Below are positions 6,264 to 14,623 of a stretch of 16,154 nt of DNA, piece by piece (the stretch's first letter is position 1; every line of letters starts with the position of its first letter). The translations under genes and the position numbers were made by a program. The notes beneath the pieces were generated by a model. That model had not been told where the DNA came from and did not search any database. It saw only the letters and a program-made list of their open reading frames with translations. Source of the stretch: Elainellaceae cyanobacterium (GTDB lineage Bacteria; Cyanobacteriota; Cyanobacteriia; CAZCXK01); contig JBNPEG010000081.1 of the NCBI GenBank assembly GCA_051117555.1, forward strand, positions 1 through 16,154, in the 5' to 3' direction.

Positions 6264-8291
6264 ATGAAACTCGAAGACATCACGCTAAACCATATCAAGA
6301 TCCTAAAGACTGTCAATGATTGCCAGAGCTTTTCAAAGGCTGCTAAGAAATTGGGATACAGTCAAGCTTTAATCAGCAAGAAGGTGAAGCAACTAGAAGA
6401 CTATTTTGGAACCCGCTTACTCACTCGTTCGCCAGGCTTGGTGTGCCTTACGAACAAGGGTAAAAAACTAGTTGCAAAGACCTATGGAATTTTTGATGGC
6501 ATGGAGAACTTACAGCAAGAATTCCAGGCATCATTTAATGGAGTTGGTGAAGAGATTGTTGTTGGCATCACACCCCTGCTGTCAGAAGCATGGTTTGAGA
6601 AATATACCCATCGGTTTAGTATGTGCTTTCCCGGAAAGGAAATCAGGAAGGAGGTTACGTTATCCAACGATTTTTTGTCGTCAGGATCACCGTCTCCCAA
6701 TCTTCTGATTAATAATTCGTCTGCCTATCGCGAGAGCCATCCCTGCAATCGATTGCAAACCTATCGTATGCTTTTGATTGATTTTAATGCAGACACTGAA
6801 CATCACAAAACGGGCACAGTTAGCGTAAAAGATATTGATTTTAGCAATGTTTTTATCTTAGAAGAAGTCTACCGAGACCTATCGCGAAACCGATTTATCG
6901 ACAAGGTGAATTTGAGCCGCGCTTCGACGTTTGTTAGCTACACAGACGTCATTGAATCTGCGATCGCACATCAAAAATCAACGATTCTTCCTGAATGCTG
7001 TTTGATTGATCTCAAAAAATATAAGCACGTTTGCTACTCCACAGTCCGAGATACTAATGAATACGGAATTTATATTCATGTGCCACTACATAGCGAATTG
7101 CTCGTGCTTGCAGAAGGGCTCGTAAGAAGTTTTCGGCTAGAGCAAGATATTTTGGAAGAGAGCTATACACCTAGCTTTCAAGTAGGTGATTCTTCAACCA
7201 ATGAAATTGGAACATTAAGACTCGGAATACAGCGAGATTCTATTGGTCAACTTATCGCGGGACACGGAGTCAAATACATCTCTGAAATTCTCCGATCATC
7301 TTCCTTGGATTATACAAGCTTTAAAGACCTTGAAATTAGTCGAGAGTTTGAATTACAAATCAGCCTGTTTTCATCTGGAGAATTGATGAATCGACAAATG
7401 AAAAAGGGTGAATTAGATATCTGTATTATGGATGATGTTTCTCTCTTGAATAATGGATCATTATTTTTTGATGATCTCAGTTTTGGGTCAAAATTAATTG
7501 GCATCGCATCCTATAATATTTTGGGCCAAGACATTAGCGTTGTGTTGCCAAATGTCTCTCACATTACATCAGTTCAAGAATTGAAAGGGAAGCGAATTTC
7601 GACACCGTTTGGATCTAATTCTCATCGATTTATTATCAACTTACTTAATTTATGCGGTATTAATAGTAATGTGGACTGTACTTTGATTGATGAAGATCCT
7701 CGGACAGCAAGCAATAGCTTAGCCAACGGAAGTATTGATGCTCATATCTGTTGTGAAACCTTTGCCACTCTTTTGGAAGAATACAACTATTCCAAACGGC
7801 TGTATCAGGCTCAGGATTTCAACATTCGTCTTCCCTCTCTACGAGGAATCGTGTGTCGATCGCAATTTATTCGAGATAATCCTAAGTATGTAATCGCCTA
7901 TCTCCACAATTTGGCGATCGCCAACCATTGGTTCCTGACGAATCCGGTCGATGCTGCGCATACATTAAGCCAGTTGATCAATGTCAATTCCGCACAAGTC
8001 TTGAAATTTTTCTCATCAAACTTTGGCACTCGGATCGATCCCACCTTAAAACCCCAATGGTCATGGCTACTCAAAACATTAAACCGACGATTGGAAGGAA
8101 ATTATGGCATCTCAAAGTTCGATGTTGACTTTTGGATTGATGACTATTTTCTTCGGCTGACCTACAACCTGCTCGGGCTCGATTATCACTTTCAACAGGT
8201 GTCGTTTTCGAGTGAGTTATCAAACAGCTATTTCGTTGATGAGCAGTTTAGCAAGTATATGGAAGTATTAAACATGCAGCTAGTGTCTTGA
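6264..8291 (+). CDS. LysR-family transcriptional regulator fused to a C-terminal SsuA/TauA/NrtA-like (NMT1/THI5-type) solute-binding domain (675 aa)
   Basis: N-terminal LysR HTH (SFSKAAKKLGYSQALISKKVKQLEDYFGTRLLTRS...LTNKGK). The C-terminal half has SBP motifs LRLGIQ, FSSG...MKKGELDI, ITSVQELKGKRISTPFGSNSH, LANGSIDA and FIRDNP. Start placed at ATG 6264 because the track's upstream extension runs through a repeat element. Confidence 0.85.
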   Translation: MKLEDITLNHIKILKTVNDCQSFSKAAKKLGYSQALISKKVKQLEDYFGTRLLTRSPGLVCLTNKGKKLVAKTYGIFDGMENLQQEFQASFNGVGEEIVVGITPLLSEAWFEKYTHRFSMCFPGKEIRKEVTLSNDFLSSGSPSPNLLINNSSAYRESHPCNRLQTYRMLLIDFNADTEHHKTGTVSVKDIDFSNVFILEEVYRDLSRNRFIDKVNLSRASTFVSYTDVIESAIAHQKSTILPECCLIDLKKYKHVCYSTVRDTNEYGIYIHVPLHSELLVLAEGLVRSFRLEQDILEESYTPSFQVGDSSTNEIGTLRLGIQRDSIGQLIAGHGVKYISEILRSSSLDYTSFKDLEISREFELQISLFSSGELMNRQMKKGELDICIMDDVSLLNNGSLFFDDLSFGSKLIGIASYNILGQDISVVLPNVSHITSVQELKGKRISTPFGSNSHRFIINLLNLCGINSNVDCTLIDEDPRTASNSLANGSIDAHICCETFATLLEEYNYSKRLYQAQDFNIRLPSLRGIVCRSQFIRDNPKYVIAYLHNLAIANHWFLTNPVDAAHTLSQLINVNSAQVLKFFSSNFGTRIDPTLKPQWSWLLKTLNRRLEGNYGISKFDVDFWIDDYFLRLTYNLLGLDYHFQQVSFSSELSNSYFVDEQFSKYMEVLNMQLVS

Positions 8292-8357
8292 GCTTTAGTT
8301 TGACTCAATCACGATAGTTCGCGCCGTTTATTGGTGATAGTTAAGGAGAATAGGTTA

Positions 8358-8906
8358 ATGCATGATATTGTGGCGATCGCTGGCAGCCCTTCTAGTTCTT
8401 CTAGGTCTTCAGCAGTATTAGAGTATGCAAACCATATTTTGATCAATCAAGGATTAAAAGTTGAGTCGATTACCGTTCGCAGTATTCCGCCTGAAGATTT
8501 AGTGTTTGGCAACTTTGAAAGCCCTGCATTGAAAGAGGTAAGTCAGCTCATCGAAAACGCCAAGGGCATTGTGATTGCAACTCCGGTCTATAAAGCATCG
8601 TACACAGGAGTACTGAAAGCAATGCTAGACTTGCTGTCCCAATATGCATTTGCAGGCAAAACTATTCTGCCGATTGCAACAGGAGGAACCATTACCCACC
8701 TCCTATCGATTGACTATGCTATGAAGCCCCTCTTTTCTACATTGGGAGCAACGAATATCCTACGGGGCGTCTTTATCGTTGACTCTCAGATGCAGCGTAC
8801 TGATGAAGGCGGCATCGTGCTTGATGACGATGTTGACCTCCGATTAAAAGAGTCACTCATTGAGCTATCTAGCATTTTGCAGCAAACCCGCCTAGCCGTT
8901 GGTTAG
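8358..8906 (+). CDS. ssuE: NAD(P)H-dependent FMN reductase
   Basis: IAGSPSSSSRS, ATPVYKASYTGVLKAMLDLL, LPIATGG...HLLSIDYAMKP. SD AAGGAG precedes ATG 8358. Confidence 0.92.
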   Translation: MHDIVAIAGSPSSSSRSSAVLEYANHILINQGLKVESITVRSIPPEDLVFGNFESPALKEVSQLIENAKGIVIATPVYKASYTGVLKAMLDLLSQYAFAGKTILPIATGGTITHLLSIDYAMKPLFSTLGATNILRGVFIVDSQMQRTDEGGIVLDDDVDLRLKESLIELSSILQQTRLAVG

Positions 8907-8924
8907 CTCCCAAAGAGCAGTCTC

Positions 8925-9027
8925 ATACCAATTCTTCGAAGTAAGGCTACAAATGAACAGGCTAGAACCCTTGCAAGGCTGGTGGCCGTCAATCCAAAAT
9001 CGCAAATCCAAAATCGAGAATTGGTAT
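8925..9027. mobile_element. MITE-like 103-bp element with an internal short tandem repeat
   Basis: Perfect 11-bp terminal inverted repeats ATACCAATTCT / AGAATTGGTAT. Internal AATCCAAAATCG occurs twice (STRR-like). Confidence 0.6.
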
Positions 9028-9071
9028 CACACCCCATCAATTTAGTTTTTGAAATACGAGGAAATAGCGAT

Positions 9072-10394
9072 ATGTCAGCTAAAAAGAAAGCACATCTTCT
9101 CGGCTTCCTTCAGCATGGAGTGAACAGTCACGCAACCGGAATGTGGCGGCATCCTAAAGATAAGGTTAACTGGGACTGGAGCAGTCCAGCTTACTGGCAG
9201 CATATGGCACGCACCATGGAACGCGGGCTTTTTGATGCCATGTTTATCGCTGACGAGCTTGCTCCGTACAATAACTTCGAGCAAAGCTCGGATGCCTGTG
9301 TGAAATGGGCGGTTCAATGTCCCACGCATGAACCATCCACCATCGTTCCTATCATTACAACTGCCACCAAGCATCTCGGTGTGGGTGTGACCTTATCGAC
9401 GGCGTTCGAACATCCCTATTCAATGGTGCGGCGACTTTCAAGTCTCGACCATCTTTCCGGGGGGCGCGTGGCTTGGAATATTGTCAGTTCTTACTCCAAA
9501 AGTGAATGGGATGCGTATGGAGCCGAAATGACCGATCGCTCGAAACGATATGAGCGAATGGAGGAGTACATGGAGATTTGCTATCAGCTCTGGGATTCAT
9601 GGGAACCCGATGCCATCATTGCGGACAAGGAAAGCGGAATCTTTGCTGATCCAGCGAAAGTCCATGAGGTAGATTTTAAGGGTGAGTTTTTTACTTGCAA
9701 AGGGCGATCGTTTTGCTTTCGTTCTCCTCAGGGCAAACCCGTCTTCTGGCAAGCCGGATCATCAAATCGAGGACGCGATTTTGCTGCAAAACATGCCGAA
9801 GCTATCTTCGCTGTCCATCCGACAGTCGAACGCATGCGCCAGTATTCAGATGACTTGAACACCCGATTGGAGAAAACGTTTAACCGCTCTCGTGGCAGTG
9901 TGAAGCTTATTTATGGATTGCAGTGCATTGTTGGTGAATCCAGAGACCATGCCCAGGAAAAATACGAGCAAATTCGCGACTGTATTCCTTTAGAGGGTGC
10001 ATTAGCGTGGATATCTGGGCATTTTGGACCAGACTTTTCGACGTATGACTTGAATGAGTATGTTCAAAATATCGAAATTCCTGGCATTCAAGGACTGTTT
10101 GAAAGCATCATTTATGCAAAAGGTGGAGAGCCTCTAACGGTTAAAGAGGCTGCACTCTACTATGCTATGGGAATGGGGATGCCCATTACAGTAGGCACAC
10201 CTGCCGATATTGCTGACAAGATGGAATACTACATGGATGAAGGGGGAGCAGATGGGTTTATGCTTGTCGCAACCTATACGCCTGGATGCTTTGAAGAATT
10301 TGTAGATATGGTGGTTCCTGAACTCCAACGCCGAGGACGCTTCCGGACAGAATATACCGGACAAACTCTGCGGGAGAATCTTCTAGCGTATTAA
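9072..10394 (+). CDS. FMNH2-dependent monooxygenase, NtaA/DszA/DmoA/SnaA family (luciferase-like class)
   Basis: GMWRHP, ERGLFDAMFIAD, HPYSMVRRLSSLDHLSGGRVAWNIVSS, LWDSWEPDA, SPQGKPVFWQAGSSNRGRDFAAKHAEAIF, VVPELQRRGRFRTEYTGQTLRENL. SD GAGG precedes ATG 9072. Confidence 0.93.
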   Translation: MSAKKKAHLLGFLQHGVNSHATGMWRHPKDKVNWDWSSPAYWQHMARTMERGLFDAMFIADELAPYNNFEQSSDACVKWAVQCPTHEPSTIVPIITTATKHLGVGVTLSTAFEHPYSMVRRLSSLDHLSGGRVAWNIVSSYSKSEWDAYGAEMTDRSKRYERMEEYMEICYQLWDSWEPDAIIADKESGIFADPAKVHEVDFKGEFFTCKGRSFCFRSPQGKPVFWQAGSSNRGRDFAAKHAEAIFAVHPTVERMRQYSDDLNTRLEKTFNRSRGSVKLIYGLQCIVGESRDHAQEKYEQIRDCIPLEGALAWISGHFGPDFSTYDLNEYVQNIEIPGIQGLFESIIYAKGGEPLTVKEAALYYAMGMGMPITVGTPADIADKMEYYMDEGGADGFMLVATYTPGCFEEFVDMVVPELQRRGRFRTEYTGQTLRENLLAY

Positions 10395-10408
10395 ACATGC
10401 TTCGGTCA

Positions 10409-11596
10409 TTATGTTCTGACAGCTTCCTTAAACCGAATCTTGAGATAGTCATCTTCAATCTTGGCTCCAGCGGGTTGCAGAGCAGCCAATGCTTGCGGCA
10501 ACACTAAGTTACGGCGATGATTGCCGATACGAATATTCAGCTCATCGCCAGACTTGCTGAGATCAATTTTGTCTTTTGGGATTCCAGGCAGATAGACCTC
10601 TAAGCTGTATTCATTTTGCTCTTGGGTCACCCGCATGGTTGTTTCTTTGTAATAGACCTGAGTCGGGTCTTCGTCTGCGTAGAGGGTTTCTTTAAGCCTC
10701 TCTAACGCAGCCAATCCGCACATTTCTTCCGAATAAAGCGGTACTTCTTTTACCGGAAGCGGACGGAAATTTTCGTGGATTTCGTGGCGATATTGCTGCT
10801 GATTTTCTTTCCACCGTTGAAAGAAAGGATCGGTGACCGAATCAGGGATAATGCGGTTAGCTACAACTAAATCGGTGCCAACGTTATAAAGGCTGAGGTA
10901 GGCATGGGCCCGCAACGACTCTTTGATGACCATCTTTTCAGGATTCGTCACCAAGCGAACGGACGTTTTTGCGTTATCCGTGAGCACTTTCTCTAGTTCT
11001 TCAATCTGCTGATAGAACTCGTAGGGCGCATCCATGACTTCTTGGTTGGGAAGCGAGAAGCCAGCAATGGGTCGAAAGATCGGCTCGACAAGGGGGCGCA
11101 GCGCTACCGAAACAGCTTGCAACGGCTTGTAGAAGCGGCGCATATACCAGCCTGCCACTTCAGGGAGGCTGAGCAGCCTCAATGCAGTCCCCGTAGGAGC
11201 CGAATCAATGATTAGGACATCAAACTCGCCTTCATCATAGTGACGTTTCATGCGAACAAGGCTGAAGATTTCGTCCATGCCGGGTAAGATAGCAAGCTCT
11301 TCTGCTTCAACGCCTTCTAACCCTCGTGCTTGAAGCACTTGAGTAATGTAGCGCTTCACGGCTCCCCAATTGCCTTCGAGTTCCATAAGCGCGTCAAGCT
11401 CTGCTCCCCATAGATTTGGGCGGACTTGCTTAGGCGTATGCTCTAGCTCCATGTCAAAGCTGTCTGCCAAGGAATGGGCAGGGTCAGTACTGAGTACTAA
11501 GGTTTTATGTCCTAATTCCGCACAGCGTAACCCTGTCGCAGCCGCAACTGAGGTTTTGCCAACTCCACCCTTTCCGGTCATCAGAATTACGCGCAT
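10409..11596 (-). CDS. TRC40/Get3/ArsA-family ATPase with a C-terminal HSP20-like domain (cyanobacterial Get3d type)
   Basis: [34 protein letters not shown]-terminal alpha-crystallin-like segment LEVYLPG...[17 protein letters not shown]. Confidence 0.93.
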   Translation of the reverse strand: MRVILMTGKGGVGKTSVAAATGLRCAELGHKTLVLSTDPAHSLADSFDMELEHTPKQVRPNLWGAELDALMELEGNWGAVKRYITQVLQARGLEGVEAEELAILPGMDEIFSLVRMKRHYDEGEFDVLIIDSAPTGTALRLLSLPEVAGWYMRRFYKPLQAVSVALRPLVEPIFRPIAGFSLPNQEVMDAPYEFYQQIEELEKVLTDNAKTSVRLVTNPEKMVIKESLRAHAYLSLYNVGTDLVVANRIIPDSVTDPFFQRWKENQQQYRHEIHENFRPLPVKEVPLYSEEMCGLAALERLKETLYADEDPTQVYYKETTMRVTQEQNEYSLEVYLPGIPKDKIDLSKSGDELNIRIGNHRRNLVLPQALAALQPAGAKIEDDYLKIRFKEAVRT

Positions 11597-11640
11597 GGAT
11601 CGTCAAGCCTTCCTGAGAATGTGTTCATGCCTACTCATTA

Positions 11641-12033
11641 TTATGACGACTTCTGAGGAAACACGTGTTGTTTTATGACGTCGAGGCGAGAACAATGCCA
11701 ATAGTCGATATGGGAGATAATTAATCCGTCGTCGTTAAGTTTGAGTTCGCTCCAGCCATCGATTGCAATGCGAGGCTTCCAGGGTAACGGCGTTGTCCAG
11801 CTTAGCGTCCAGTCGGTGCGGATGTCGTTTCCAGAACGCTGAATCTGATGCAAATCAAGTTGAGGATCAGAGAACCACTGATCGATGAATTGCAGCATTT
11901 CTCGGTAGCGATCGCACCCGTGAAATTCGTTGAGCGGGTCTTTGAAATAAACATCCTCAGCATAGATATCGTAATGCTGGTCTTTGGGAAATGTTTGGTA
12001 ATCGTTTTTAAGAATGTCGAGGATATCGGGCAT
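11641..12033 (-). CDS. DUF2358 / SnoaL-like protein
   Basis: YDIYAEDVYFKDPLNEF.G...Y, TPLPWKPRI...GWSEL and IISHIDYW motifs. Confidence 0.85.
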   Translation of the reverse strand: MPDILDILKNDYQTFPKDQHYDIYAEDVYFKDPLNEFHGCDRYREMLQFIDQWFSDPQLDLHQIQRSGNDIRTDWTLSWTTPLPWKPRIAIDGWSELKLNDDGLIISHIDYWHCSRLDVIKQHVFPQKSS

Positions 12034-12084
12034 GGCAGATATTGGGCAACATTGGACGGGGCTTAAATAAGAATGGATGGTCTA

Positions 12085-12113
12085 CAGGGCGTTTTATATC
12101 AGGGCGTTTTATA
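12085..12113. repeat. Short tandem duplication CAGGGCGTTTTATA x2
   Basis: Copies at 12085-12098 and 12100-12113. Confidence 0.7.
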
Positions 12114-12126
12114 CCAGAGTGACACA

Positions 12127-12687
12127 TTACCCCTCATTCCAAAGTCGCTGAAGCTGATGGCGCCAAGCGTTTAATACAGCATCGCGTTGCTCGGCAGGCT
12201 GGTCTACATTGCCCATGACGCCTTCTCGATAAAACCGATCGAGGGTTTGCATGGTGTCTTCAAGCGACTGCCCTCGCTGCTTGGCAGCTTGAATGATTTG
12301 CAGAATTTGAGTTTCGGCAAGCTGATTAAAGACGTCAGATAATCCTTTTTGCTGAAGGGAAATGAGACGGGCGATCGCCCGCTTAAAGTCGCTACTGGTC
12401 AGGCTTTCGCGGTCGTGCTGAAAGACTCCCCATAAGATGCCCTGAGAGAGGGCGTATCGAGTTTCTTGAGTCTTATCAAAATTGGCTTCTAGCAGTTGAG
12501 GCAAAAAGGATTCTGCCTCAATTTGAGGGGCGATCGTGATCAGAACTCGCATCCACGATAAATCTTCGGACAGCAACACGAGTATGCGAGAATTACCTTG
12601 CTCCACCTGCCACGAATCAGGCTCCATGACTTGCACATTCTCTGCAAACATGTCTCTAAGGGTTTGGGTGATGTCATCTAGCGTCAT
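12127..12687 (-). CDS. Conserved cyanobacterial hypothetical protein, type III secretion chaperone/YbjN-like fold
   Basis: LLEANFD.TQETRYAL...LWGVFQH and TLDRFY.EG.MG motifs; 186 aa; co-oriented with the DUF2358 and Get3 genes. Confidence 0.75.
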   Translation of the reverse strand: MTLDDITQTLRDMFAENVQVMEPDSWQVEQGNSRILVLLSEDLSWMRVLITIAPQIEAESFLPQLLEANFDKTQETRYALSQGILWGVFQHDRESLTSSDFKRAIARLISLQQKGLSDVFNQLAETQILQIIQAAKQRGQSLEDTMQTLDRFYREGVMGNVDQPAEQRDAVLNAWRHQLQRLWNEG

Positions 12688-12749
12688 CAGGCGGTTTAAG
12701 ACTCAGCAGAGTTATTGTATCGCTCATGCCAATGTATATACGCTCTATA

Positions 12750-12836
12750 TACGCTCTCGCGTTAGGACGTTGAACGGTGTGGTGAACCCTCGCGGCGCGG
12801 GGGCTCACCACACAAACCTAAGCCCGTAGGGCTGTA
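12750..12836 (+). repeat. Dispersed palindromic repeat (MITE-like family), copy A
   Basis: TACGCTCTCGCGTTAGGACGTTGAAC...TGTGGTGAACCCTCGCGGCGCGGGGGCTCACCACA...GTAGGGCTGTA. Similar to 12922-13005 and 15666-15750. Confidence 0.7.
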
Positions 12837-12921
12837 TCCATGCGATTTAATCCATGCGATTTACCACGACTCGACGCTCTGCTGCACAATGTAGCTAGAA
12901 CCCATAAACTTTGACGGAGCC

Positions 12922-13005
12922 TACGCGATCGCGCTAGGACGTCGAACCTGTGTAGAACTACCAGGACGTGGGGGCTACACAAAAATCAAAATCTGTACGG
13001 CTGTA
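12922..13005 (+). repeat. Dispersed palindromic repeat (MITE-like family), copy B (more diverged)
   Basis: TACGCGATCGCGCTAGGACGTCGAAC matches the start of copy A at 22/26. Inner TGTGTAG/CTACACA. Ends GTACGGCTGTA. Confidence 0.6.
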
Positions 13006-13032
13006 CTTGGGCGTTGTCCAAACTGGTGTGTT

Positions 13033-14433
13033 ATGTCGATCGTCATTGCTGACTATAAAGATCTTTTAGCTGATTTCATTTCCAAATATCGTTCGCGCGT
13101 TGATTTTCTTGCCATTCGCCTCGAAGAATCAGAAGGTACTGATATTCTCCTACGGGGTGAGCGCATTGAAACGCTCAGTGAAGGCATTTCGGTCGGTGGG
13201 CAAGTCCGCGCATGTCATCGAGGCGGATGGGGCTTTGCTAGTTTTAACCAGTTATCGAGTTTGTCAGATCGGATTGAAGAGGCGATCGCCGCGGCTCGAT
13301 TGGTGGGTCAAGAAGAAACGCTTCTGGCTCCCGTTGACCCAGTCCACGATATTCGAAATTTGCCTTTAACCGGAACCGATCCTCGGCGGATTCCCCTCGT
13401 TCGAAAGAAAGACTTATGCAGTCAATATGCCGAAATCTTGCGAAGCGTCGATTCTCGCATCGCAACAACGTCGGTTCGCTATGGCGACAGTGCCCAGCGC
13501 ATCATTCTAGCAACGTCGGACGGCACCGTTTTAGAGCAAGCGTGGGTCGATATGGAAATGCGCTTTGCCGCAACCGCCCGCAATGGCGAAACCGTCCAAA
13601 CAGGACGCGAAACAACTGGCTCTCGAAAAGCCTATGAAGACTTGAATCATCTAGATACCCAAGTTCAACAGGCGGCTCAACGCGCGGTCGAAGCGCTGGC
13701 GCTACCTCCCGTTAAGGGCAACACCTATACCGTCGTGATTGATCCCATTCTCACAGGCTTATTTGTTCATGAGGCATTTGGGCATCTTTCTGAAGCCGAT
13801 ATGGCCTATGAAAATCCCGATTTGCTTGAGGTGATGACGATTGGACGACGCTTTGGCCCCAAAAACTTGCAAATCTTTGATGGAGCAGTTCCAGAAGGGC
13901 ATCGAGGTAGCTACTATTACGACGACGAGGGCGTGCCTGCGACCACAACTCAGCTCATCAAAGACGGTGTGCTGGTCGGGCGGCTGCATTCTCGTGAGAC
14001 GGCGGGCAAACTGGGAGAGGCTCCTACGGGGAATGCACGCTGTTTGAGCTATCACTATCCTCCGATTGTGCGCATGACAAATACTTGGATTGAACGCGGC
14101 GAAACCCCTGTCGCTGACTTGCTTAAAGATATTAAAGAAGGCGTGTATGCCCGCAACTGGCTCGGCGGCATGACCAACGGAGAAATGTTTACCTTTGCAG
14201 CAGGCGAGGCGTGGATGATTCGCAATGGGGAGATTGCTGAACCGGTGCGAGATGTCACCTTGTCGGGCAATGTCTTTACGACCCTGGCTGATATTGAAGC
14301 GGTCGGCGATGATTTCTTTTGGGACGAATCAGGCGGATGTGGCAAAGGGGGGCAAAGCGGGCTTGCTGTTGGCTGTGGCGGGCCAAGCTTGAGAATTCGC
14401 AACGTAGTGGTTGGGGGTGAAGCCGCAGAGTAG
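13033..14433 (+). CDS. tldD: TldD/PmbA-family metalloprotease, catalytic TldD subunit
   Basis: HEAFGH (HExxGH) motif, DDEG, TGNAR, VRMTNT and C-terminal CGKGGQ. Confidence 0.93.
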   Translation: MSIVIADYKDLLADFISKYRSRVDFLAIRLEESEGTDILLRGERIETLSEGISVGGQVRACHRGGWGFASFNQLSSLSDRIEEAIAAARLVGQEETLLAPVDPVHDIRNLPLTGTDPRRIPLVRKKDLCSQYAEILRSVDSRIATTSVRYGDSAQRIILATSDGTVLEQAWVDMEMRFAATARNGETVQTGRETTGSRKAYEDLNHLDTQVQQAAQRAVEALALPPVKGNTYTVVIDPILTGLFVHEAFGHLSEADMAYENPDLLEVMTIGRRFGPKNLQIFDGAVPEGHRGSYYYDDEGVPATTTQLIKDGVLVGRLHSRETAGKLGEAPTGNARCLSYHYPPIVRMTNTWIERGETPVADLLKDIKEGVYARNWLGGMTNGEMFTFAAGEAWMIRNGEIAEPVRDVTLSGNVFTTLADIEAVGDDFFWDESGGCGKGGQSGLAVGCGGPSLRIRNVVVGGEAAE

Positions 14434-14623
14434 TGCCGCAGAGTCGTGCAATAGTAATCCCAAATGATTTGTAGAAATCTCCAGCGTGTTTTGTCCGTAG
14501 CGATGCATCGCATTAGCGTCTCGCTTCTCCTGGTGGAGAGGCGTTGCCAACGCGGGCAAGATGCCCCCACTCCCATGTCATAAATGACTTAGAATTGCTA
14601 AATCTGGCCGCTCCTTGGATTAG

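Noticed and set aside
8982..9071. N-terminal extension of the monooxygenase ORF (NPKSQIQN...)
   Set aside because: Translation of the STRR/MITE repeat. The SD-supported start is 9072.
10409..11596. Arsenic resistance (arsA) operon
   Set aside because: Single-domain ATPase with an HSP20-like tail and no arsB/arsC/arsR/arsD nearby. It is the Get3-like housekeeping type.
12735..13005. Possible CRISPR array
   Set aside because: The repeats are long, degenerate and irregular, with no constant repeat-spacer period and no cas genes.
13033..14433. TldD as part of a RiPP or microcin cluster
   Set aside because: No precursor peptide, YcaO or adjacent tldE/pmbA in the window. A stand-alone tldD is ordinary in cyanobacteria.
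14434..14623. Degenerate REP-like fragments between tldD and natD; ORFs 14055..14576 and 14329..14559
   Set aside because: The fragments are too degenerate to delimit. The ORFs are antisense shadows of tldD.
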